This document shows, in pieces, positions 1 to 6,089 of a stretch of DNA of 26,156 nucleotides. A program made the position numbers and the translations under genes. Below the pieces are notes generated by a model, which was not told where the DNA came from, did no database searches, and saw nothing but the letters and a program-made list of their open reading frames with translations. Where the stretch lies: IMG/VR virus record IMGVR_UViG_2585427783_000007. One strand, 5' to 3'. How positions within the stretch are numbered: the stretch's first letter is position 1; each line of letters opens with the position of its first letter. This DNA comes from a virus (Duplodnaviria > Heunggongvirae > Uroviricota > Caudoviricetes).

Positions 1-993
1 CTAATCGATGGACAGTTTATGGACACTTTCAGCCAGCGGATTAAAGTTGATCGCGTCCAGTAAAAAGTCCGGCGAAAAATGAGCGTACGTCATTGTTTGC
101 TGAATCGTTGCGTGCCCCAGGATTCGTTGCAACGTAACAATATTTCCGCCATTCATCATAAAGTGTGTGGCAAATGTATGACGCATGACATGCGTAGCCT
201 GCCCCTTCGGCAAATCCGGTTTCACCTCCTGAAGAATCTCCCGGAACTTCAGATAATCAACCTGATACAATAACCCCGTTCGACGGGTTTTAATCAGAGG
301 CACGACCGAATCCGCCACAGGAACCGAACGGGATTTTCCGTTTTTGGTGTTAAAGAACGTCACCCGGTTGCCAACGATATGCTCTCCACGTAGTTCCGAT
401 GCTTCACTCCATCGGGCACCAGTAGAAAGACACAGAATGGCAACACGACGCGCATCACCCTCCAGTCGCTCAAGAAGCCGTTCAATCTCATCATCAGAAA
501 GAAAGGCCATCTCTGTGTTCTGAACTTTCAGTTTTCGTATACCGCGTACAGGGTTCGCGTTGTGAAAGACCTCAGCTTCAATCAGCACCGTGAACATGGT
601 AGACAGTACGCATAAGTCACGATTAATACTGGACGGCATTAATCCGGCCTGTAATTTCTCTGACCGATATTCAAGCATAAATTTTCGCGTCATCTGACTG
701 GCGCGAGGATCTCCCATTTCACGAACAACCTTCCCTAGCCTAACCCTGTAGCTATCCCCGTAAGCCTGATTACGACCATCAAGCATCCACCACGCATCAA
801 GCAGCTCTGATAATCGCCGCTGATCAGCTGGCTTAGCCTGCCATGGCTTGTCATGAAAGTTCTGTAACACATACTTCTCAAACTCCTGAGCCTTTGATTT
901 CAGGGCAAAGATTTTTCGAATCCGCTTTCCTTCCGCCCCCTGCGGTCTGACATCGACCTGATAACGTCCGTCTTTGAGTTGCTTAATCGACAT
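1..993 (-). CDS. int: Tyrosine integrase (P2 Int-like)
   Basis: ORF table entry 1..1008 begins at a TTG; the first ATG is at 993 (MSIKQLKDGRY...) preceded by GGAGG. C-terminal tyrosine-recombinase motifs (VMRHTFATHF, LGHATIQQTMTYAHF) and end-to-end resemblance to P2 Int as I recall it. Confidence 0.9.
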   Translation of the reverse strand: MSIKQLKDGRYQVDVRPQGAEGKRIRKIFALKSKAQEFEKYVLQNFHDKPWQAKPADQRRLSELLDAWWMLDGRNQAYGDSYRVRLGKVVREMGDPRASQMTRKFMLEYRSEKLQAGLMPSSINRDLCVLSTMFTVLIEAEVFHNANPVRGIRKLKVQNTEMAFLSDDEIERLLERLEGDARRVAILCLSTGARWSEASELRGEHIVGNRVTFFNTKNGKSRSVPVADSVVPLIKTRRTGLLYQVDYLKFREILQEVKPDLPKGQATHVMRHTFATHFMMNGGNIVTLQRILGHATIQQTMTYAHFSPDFLLDAINFNPLAESVHKLSID

Positions 994-1062
994 GATTAGC
1001 CCCTCCAACGGATAAATTAACTAAACACTCCTTGCGAGATGTAATTCGCTCAATGTGTAGAG

Positions 1063-1404
1063 TCAGCCAACATTGCGGCCTGATCGGGGTGATTTTTGGG
1101 TAATGCCGATTGAAACCTGATCGCCCTCCGACTGAATAGATCCATCAAGAGAGAGAGCCGGAGCAATCTGCCCGGCGACAGGTAGCGTCTTATCTTTTAT
1201 TAGCCACAGCATGTATTTTTCAAAGCGATCGACTTGCAGAACCGCCTCAACGATTTTTGCTCTAGCGTTCTTTTGCCCCGATTCGTAATTCCTTATGGTT
1301 GCCAAAGACAACCCAGTAATATCCGCAAACTGCTTTTGTGTTAACCCTTCCGCCTTACGTATCTGACGTAACTTTTTTGCGTAGTCTATTGACAAGATAA
1401 CCAT
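1063..1404 (-). CDS. C: Immunity repressor (P2 C-like)
   Basis: ORF table entry 1063..1458 begins at TTG; the ATG at 1404 gives 113 aa (MVILSIDYAKKLRQIRKAEGLTQKQFADITGLS...). HTH-like N-terminus and a GQIAPAL motif that I recall from the P2 C repressor; divergent from the cox-like gene. Confidence 0.75.
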   Translation of the reverse strand: MVILSIDYAKKLRQIRKAEGLTQKQFADITGLSLATIRNYESGQKNARAKIVEAVLQVDRFEKYMLWLIKDKTLPVAGQIAPALSLDGSIQSEGDQVSIGITQKSPRSGRNVG

Positions 1405-1449
1405 TTGAGTATTAACCTCTCGCACAAAGATAACCTTTTGGTTATCTTT
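1389..1449. promoter_or_regulatory. Lysogeny/lysis switch region: TTGACA hexamer plus three AAGATAACC operator half-sites
   Basis: TTGACA at 1389-1394 on the plus strand; AAGATAACC at 1394-1402; perfect palindrome AAAGATAACC-TTTT-GGTTATCTTT at 1426-1449, between the divergent C and cox-like starts. No convincing -10 was identified. Confidence 0.45.
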
Positions 1450-1508
1450 ACAAGCCAAAACAAACCATCACAAGGCGCGACAAGCGCACCAACGCAAGAG
1501 GATAACAA

Positions 1509-2030
1509 ATGCGGGACTTCATTGCCGATAAAGAGTTATCTGACCACCAACCACTTCAGGAAAGTGACGCACTCAGCGGATCCATTGATGCCGCCAACGA
1601 CGACGAGCACGAAGAAAACAAGAAAAAGCGTTCCTACAAAAAAGGAGCGACTTTGCGGCTGGATGGTCCGATCGCCGGGCTTTGCTCTCTGGAAAAAGGC
1701 GCGGCATATATTGGGCTAACAAAATCTGCACTGCGCGTAGCCATTCATCGCGGTCAAATGCCGGGACACAAGACGCGCACAAACCCGGAAGATGAAAACT
1801 CAGACGGAGTATGGTGGTTTAACGCCAAAGAGTGGGACAAGTTGGCTGATGAGCTACCAGAGCACGAGCCCCCAGAATGGCACAACTGGAAAAGTTACTG
1901 GACGTATGACCGCCAGAAAAGGAAGTTCTCTCCAGCTAATAAAGAAGACTGCCAGACCATTAACGGTAAGCGAGTTTATACAGGCAGAAGCTCAAAACTG
2001 GACCAACTCAGAAACAACAGAGGCAACTAA
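1509..2030 (+). CDS. Cox/Apl-like excisionase-regulator with an acidic N-terminal extension (173 aa)
   Basis: ATG at 1509 with AAGAGGA 6 nt upstream; first gene of the rightward operon. Central segment (LTKSALRVAIHRGQMPG...DGVWWFNAKEWDKL) resembles the HTH and wing of P2 Cox as recalled; the first ~60 aa are acidic and have no P2 counterpart. Confidence 0.5.
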   Translation: MRDFIADKELSDHQPLQESDALSGSIDAANDDEHEENKKKRSYKKGATLRLDGPIAGLCSLEKGAAYIGLTKSALRVAIHRGQMPGHKTRTNPEDENSDGVWWFNAKEWDKLADELPEHEPPEWHNWKSYWTYDRQKRKFSPANKEDCQTINGKRVYTGRSSKLDQLRNNRGN

Positions 2031-2034
2031 TCGT

Positions 2035-2457
2035 ATGAAAACAAACACGTCAGATTTCACAATAACTATTTCAAAAAATGACCAAGCATTAATTGATAAC
2101 CTGAAATACCTTGCGGAAAAACATAATAACGGACGAATTGCAATTAATTTACGACACATCACAGGAGTAACAATTGTAACCAGTTACTGGCATCTATATC
2201 TAATCGCTAAATCAGTACTTGAAAACAAAGATTCTGTTGTCAATGGAAGAGATATAGATACTCTTCCTGCACAAATCAAACCGATAGCCTATCAATTGCG
2301 TAATCGTTTTAAAAATGAAGGTGGGATTATATTTGACTTTCCCGCAGCTGTAGCCGTGAGCTTCTCTCGGGGGGATATACTTCACTCATTTCGTTTTGCT
2401 CTATCAGGTGACGAGACATTATGGCAGCTAGAAGATGCCGGGAGCAGCCCGGCATAA
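2035..2457 (+). CDS. Hypothetical protein (140 aa), AT-rich cargo gene
   Basis: ATG at 2035, 5 nt after the cox-like stop, in frame within table ORF 1792..2457. The first ~300 nt look about one-third GC by eye, against roughly half for the window. No family recognised. Confidence 0.5.
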   Translation: MKTNTSDFTITISKNDQALIDNLKYLAEKHNNGRIAINLRHITGVTIVTSYWHLYLIAKSVLENKDSVVNGRDIDTLPAQIKPIAYQLRNRFKNEGGIIFDFPAAVAVSFSRGDILHSFRFALSGDETLWQLEDAGSSPA

Positions 2458-2463
2458 ATCAAA

Positions 2464-2655
2464 TTAAAAATCAACCAGTTGTGTGACAGGTGGGTATTTA
2501 CGCTGAATTTTGTCAGTTACTAACGCCAGTAATATATGAATCTCTGTGTTTAATGCGTCTTTATCACCCGTCGTTTTTACCCTGGGAGGGTTAATGTTAT
2601 CCAGAGCAGCACTAAGTTCACTCAACAAATTAACAACTTTTTTATCTTCTGACAT
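2464..2655 (-). CDS. Hypothetical small protein (63 aa), convergent on the preceding gene
   Basis: ATG at 2655 with AAGAGG 5-6 nt upstream on the minus strand; AT-rich; stop codons of the two convergent genes are 6 bp apart. Confidence 0.5.
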   Translation of the reverse strand: MSEDKKVVNLLSELSAALDNINPPRVKTTGDKDALNTEIHILLALVTDKIQRKYPPVTQLVDF

Positions 2656-2792
2656 GAAAACCTCTTAACAATTTAATTAAACATAAGCCAGGACCTGAAC
2701 CGGCCAGTCCAAGTCCTAGACACACAAAAAAAATACCACAAATCAATACAAGGTGACACGAGTACACCTTACCGAAGGTACAGAGTTTTAAT

Positions 2793-3143
2793 ATGAAACT
2801 ACAGCGCAATTCTTCACAGCAGCGCTTCCGCAACGGTGCGGAACGCCATGCTAACCGTTTCGCTACCAGTGCATCACGTAGCAACTCTCGCTACAGCCTG
2901 AGCGAAACACACGCAACGCCGGATGGCTACCCAGTAAAACAAATTGGTGAACACACTTGGCTGATTGAAAAAGCAGGAATCGTGGTTCACAGATGCCAGC
3001 GCAACCCATTTACCGGAAACCGCATTTTTGCACTGAGCAACGGCGACAATCAGTTCGGGCAGGATTTCACATTATACGAAGCACTTCGCACGGTTGATCG
3101 TCTGCTTCACGGGCAAAGTTTTATTAAACAGGCTGATTTATAA
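2793..3143 (+). CDS. Hypothetical early protein (116 aa)
   Basis: Table ORF; weak RBS; low-complexity basic N-terminus, so the true start may lie further in. Confidence 0.45.
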   Translation: MKLQRNSSQQRFRNGAERHANRFATSASRSNSRYSLSETHATPDGYPVKQIGEHTWLIEKAGIVVHRCQRNPFTGNRIFALSNGDNQFGQDFTLYEALRTVDRLLHGQSFIKQADL

Positions 3144-3153
3144 CAGGTGCTTT

Positions 3154-3432
3154 ATGACCAAAGAGCATGCACAAGGTGTATTTATCCGTTTTATTGATTT
3201 TCGCGGTGAACTGTTATTACGCGCATCAGCCATTGACGGAGTTGTTCCATCCGAAAAAAATGCAGCTACTTACGTTTATCTGAACGGCACGCGCCTGACC
3301 GTAGAACTTCCGTACCAGACTGTACACGAAATCATTAGCGAAGCGGAAAAAGCACGTAAGACTAATGGCGATGAACCCTATATCGAAATTATTTGTATGG
3401 ATTCAGAAGCAGAAATTCAGAAAGCAGATTAA
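3154..3432 (+). CDS. Hypothetical early protein (92 aa)
   Basis: Internal ATG at 3154 (MTKEHAQGVF...) of table ORF 3094..3432, preceded by AGGTG; tightly packed after the previous gene. Confidence 0.55.
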   Translation: MTKEHAQGVFIRFIDFRGELLLRASAIDGVVPSEKNAATYVYLNGTRLTVELPYQTVHEIISEAEKARKTNGDEPYIEIICMDSEAEIQKAD

Positions 3433-3443
3433 AGGGCGTTGCG

Positions 3444-3686
3444 ATGGGCAAAGAATATAAAACTCTCATTAACAAAGCACTTGAGCGTTTTTATTTTCGC
3501 TTAAGTGCATCAGGCGCTCATGCTGAACGTGCAGCCCGTGACTCATTGACCAGGGCAATCCGGAGTCTGTATGACGTGGCTTTTTACGCTGATGATCTGG
3601 ATGCACTTAACGAACTTTCCGAGCTGATCTGTGCCGCAGAATGCGGGGAACATATTGAACCGTATAAGCTGGGGAATATCGCATGA
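3444..3686 (+). CDS. Hypothetical early protein (80 aa)
   Basis: Internal ATG at 3444 (MGKEYKTLINK...) of table ORF 3393..3686, AAGGG upstream. Confidence 0.55.
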   Translation: MGKEYKTLINKALERFYFRLSASGAHAERAARDSLTRAIRSLYDVAFYADDLDALNELSELICAAECGEHIEPYKLGNIA

Positions 3687-3796
3687 GTATATTTATGTCA
3701 TGGATTGTTCTGATTATTTCAGTGGTCTGCGCAATTGGCATTGTGCGAATTATTCATTCAGTAAAAAAGATTGAACGTTTTTTCACTGGTGAATAA
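3683..3796 (+). CDS. Small hydrophobic peptide (37 aa, single predicted transmembrane segment)
   Basis: ATG at 3683 overlaps the upstream TGA (ATGA coupling); translation MSIFMSWIVLIISVVCAIGIVRIIHSVKKIERFFTGE. Too short for the ORF table. Confidence 0.35.
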   Translation: MSIFMSWIVLIISVVCAIGIVRIIHSVKKIERFFTGE

Positions 3797-3889
3797 CGAT
3801 ACAAATAAAACATCAAATTAAATAAGAAAACGTGAAAACCATCCGTATTAACGGAGGTATTCGCACACGCAAATAACGGAGATACAAAA

Positions 3890-4300
3890 ATGCACGCAAA
3901 AGAAGAAGGTATCATCAGAGCACTGAAAGAAATTTCAAAGACAGAAAACGAAGTAGCGAAAAAAGCCATAGCAAATAATCATATGGACGTCGCAACCCAC
4001 ACACTGATAGTCGCAAGAGTCACGGCAGAAGCAGCCGAAATTATCGCAAAACAGGATGCTGAACTGGCGGTTCTCAGAACACAACCAGTCACCGGACTGG
4101 ATTTGTCTAACACCGGACGCCTTATTTACACAATTGGCTCAGAGCCACAGCGATACACCATTATCGCCGGATTACAGGACAAATACCTGATCACTCCTTA
4201 CCCCATAAGGGAATCAGCGCTTCTGACAAATCTCCACCTGATAGAGCGCTCTCAGGTCGCATTCATTGATGACGCCCAACACACCGTATTTAACGCATAG
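3890..4300 (+). CDS. Hypothetical early protein (136 aa)
   Basis: ATG at 3890 with GGAG 9 nt upstream; table ORF. Confidence 0.6.
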   Translation: MHAKEEGIIRALKEISKTENEVAKKAIANNHMDVATHTLIVARVTAEAAEIIAKQDAELAVLRTQPVTGLDLSNTGRLIYTIGSEPQRYTIIAGLQDKYLITPYPIRESALLTNLHLIERSQVAFIDDAQHTVFNA

Positions 4301-4329
4301 GGTTACTGGACAAAAAAAGAGGGGGGGCA

Positions 4330-4533
4330 ATGGCAATTAAGCATTTTCCCGTCGTTCGCTTTACCTCCAGAGGGCACGAATACGAGGTCGACGAACGCCT
4401 GATTACCACTATCGACAAACATCGTTCGGAAAAGGATGCACACCACATCTACCTCACTGACGGCACTTACTTCTGCGCCACCAACGTGGCGCGAGTAAAT
4501 CTTATCCGACAGGTACAGGAGCCACGCAGATGA
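4330..4533 (+). CDS. Hypothetical early protein (67 aa)
   Basis: ATG at 4330 preceded by an A7-GA-G7 tract acting as RBS; stop overlaps the next start. Confidence 0.55.
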   Translation: MAIKHFPVVRFTSRGHEYEVDERLITTIDKHRSEKDAHHIYLTDGTYFCATNVARVNLIRQVQEPRR

Positions 4534-4796
4534 CCATTCTGGACTACATCACTACTCATCCGGGGTGTAGCGGCGGAGAGATCGCCGCAGCACTGAATAC
4601 CCCAACCACAGCCATTAATGCTGAGTTACGCCGACTTTGGCGCGGCGGCTTAGTCATCAGAACAAACCGCAGCACAGGTGGTCGCGCTCGCAAAACAGGA
4701 GGCCAGGCTTCTTACCACGTAAACCCGATGCCGTTCGGGTGTAGCAATCCACTTACTCACATGTTTAACCAGCTACTGAAGGAAGCCAGAGCATGA
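4530..4796 (+). CDS. Hypothetical small DNA-binding-like protein (88 aa)
   Basis: ATG at 4530 with AGGAG 8 nt upstream; the segment GCSGGEIAAALNTPTTAINAELRRLWRGGLVIR reads like a winged-helix recognition region (inference only). Confidence 0.5.
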   Translation: MTILDYITTHPGCSGGEIAAALNTPTTAINAELRRLWRGGLVIRTNRSTGGRARKTGGQASYHVNPMPFGCSNPLTHMFNQLLKEARA

Positions 4797-5092
4797 GCAC
4801 CATCAACCACCAGAAGCTACGCGAACTGGCATTTGCCCTGCAACGAATGGCAACGCCTCAAAAATTACTGGCATTTCGCGCAATGCTCTCGCCGTCTGCT
4901 GTGCTGGCACTGCTGAATGAGCTGGAGCACGCCAGAACCACGGCCCCTGCCATTCGCCTGACGCTCCATCATGAAATCGCTGATTTCTGCGCGACGTTGG
5001 AGGCGCCGGGCGAACCGGAAACGCCGGAAGCAATACAGCAAGAGCTGCTGCAACGCATTGACAAGGTTTTTGATTTTTTTCTGAACCAGTAA
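4793..5092 (+). CDS. Hypothetical early protein (99 aa)
   Basis: ATG at 4793 overlapping the previous stop (ATGA); table ORF. Confidence 0.55.
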   Translation: MSTINHQKLRELAFALQRMATPQKLLAFRAMLSPSAVLALLNELEHARTTAPAIRLTLHHEIADFCATLEAPGEPETPEAIQQELLQRIDKVFDFFLNQ

Positions 5093-5209
5093 GAAACCAG
5101 AACATGCACACACAAAAAAACCGCTTGCCATGCCGCAATCAGTCAGGTTACATTTCCGCTGCACCTCATAAAACGGGTGCCGGGATTGGAACCCCGCTGA
5201 CTATGCACG

Positions 5210-5235
5210 CGCACAACCGCGCCAGCGGTTTTTTT
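5210..5235 (+). terminator. Hairpin plus T7 run (weak intrinsic-terminator-like element)
   Basis: CGCACAA-CCGC-GCCA-GCGG-TTTTTTT-GTGCG: inner 4-bp GC stem followed by seven T; outer 7-bp arms CGCACAA/TTGTGCG. Confidence 0.3.
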
Positions 5236-5290
5236 GTGCGTACCGTATCGCCACGTCTTTTTCGCGTCAGAATTATGGTGGGGCGTATGG

Positions 5291-5309
5291 GGCCGACTTC
5301 GGTCGGGCC
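5291..5309 (+). other. Stable GC-rich hairpin with a UUCG-type tetraloop
   Basis: GGCCGAC-TTCG-GTCGGGCC, within a 322-bp GC-rich non-coding block. Confidence 0.35.
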
Positions 5310-5346
5310 GGATTCGTGCGTAGCCGGTAGTTCCAACCCTGTACGT

Positions 5347-5387
5347 CTCACCACCCCGAGCTTGGAACCTCTGGATGGTGAGTTTTT
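5347..5387 (+). terminator. Stem (CTCACCA/TGGTGAG) with large loop followed by T5 run
   Basis: 7-bp arms at 5347-5353 and 5376-5382, then TTTTT at 5383-5387, just upstream of the RBS of the 5415 gene. Confidence 0.3.
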
Positions 5388-5414
5388 AAAACTTACTACG
5401 TACGAGGCCACCCC

Positions 5415-5645
5415 ATGGCAAACCGCAAACAACAGCGCGCATACGCTGCGCGTCGTCACATCCAGACTGAAATCAACCGCAGACTTTTCCGCGCATTCCG
5501 CGTCGCGCATATCATGCACATCAATATGCTGCATGAACGCAGTCACGCACTATCGAACAGCTATTCCGCCTCTGTTTTCAGCTATCTGGCAGATGATCTG
5601 CGCGAGCTTCAAAAGCTCATCCAGCAGCAAAACAAACTCCATTAA
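5415..5645 (+). CDS. Hypothetical small basic protein (76 aa)
   Basis: ATG at 5415 with GAGG 9 nt upstream; table ORF; arginine-rich N-terminus. Confidence 0.5.
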   Translation: MANRKQQRAYAARRHIQTEINRRLFRAFRVAHIMHINMLHERSHALSNSYSASVFSYLADDLRELQKLIQQQNKLH

Positions 5646-5717
5646 TTCCTGTTCCGGGCCTTTCCTGCACCTTGCGGCGGGAGGCCTTCGCACATCTGTA
5701 ACAAGAGGATTGCCGCA

Positions 5718-6083
5718 ATGATTCTCGCCAACGACTTTCTTGAATACCTGCTCAATACAGAACGTGATCTTGCCGCTCGCGTGCGTGATCGTTATGACAT
5801 GTACCTGAAATCCCTGCCTGTACCGCAGCTCGCTGACGGAAAGATTGTTATTGATGGTCGCTACATGATTGACAGCCACGAGGGAAATTACAGGCTTTAC
5901 CGCATTGAAGGTGGCACCCCGTCCGTTATTGGCATTTACCAGCGCCCATCCTCTGCAATCGTCGATGTGATTGCCGACAGCATCCGCATCACACATCGCC
6001 ATGCCGACACAGAAGACACCGTGCTGGAAATTCAGCGGCTGGCTACAGTCTGCCGCGACACCCTGAATGGCATGACGAAGTAA
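5718..6083 (+). CDS. Hypothetical early protein (121 aa) immediately upstream of A
   Basis: ATG at 5718 with AAGAGGA 8 nt upstream; stop 6 nt before the A start. Confidence 0.6.
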   Translation: MILANDFLEYLLNTERDLAARVRDRYDMYLKSLPVPQLADGKIVIDGRYMIDSHEGNYRLYRIEGGTPSVIGIYQRPSSAIVDVIADSIRITHRHADTEDTVLEIQRLATVCRDTLNGMTK

Positions 6084-6089
6084 ATCACT

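Noticed and set aside
994-1008. Upstream TTG start for the integrase (table ORF start at 1008)
   Set aside because: The ATG at 993 has a well-placed GGAGG and matches the P2 Int N-terminus as recalled; the TTG has no RBS.
5114-5240. Retron-like msr/msd candidate suggested by flanking inverted repeats around a structured segment
   Set aside because: No reverse transcriptase gene anywhere in the window; the flanking genes are small phage ORFs and the replication initiator.
5277-5360. Possible tRNA within the GC-rich non-coding block (GGTGGGG at the 5' end, CACCACCCC near the 3' end, GTTCCAACC T-loop-like motif)
   Set aside because: Position 8 is C not U, the T-stem does not pair, the T-loop has a pyrimidine where a purine is required, and no CCA or anticodon arm could be built. 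Treated as structured RNA or terminator elements instead.
5104-5721. 205-aa plus-strand ORF spanning the non-coding block
   Set aside because: Low-complexity S/T/R/C-rich translation that crosses several hairpins and overlaps the better-supported 5415..5645 gene in another frame.
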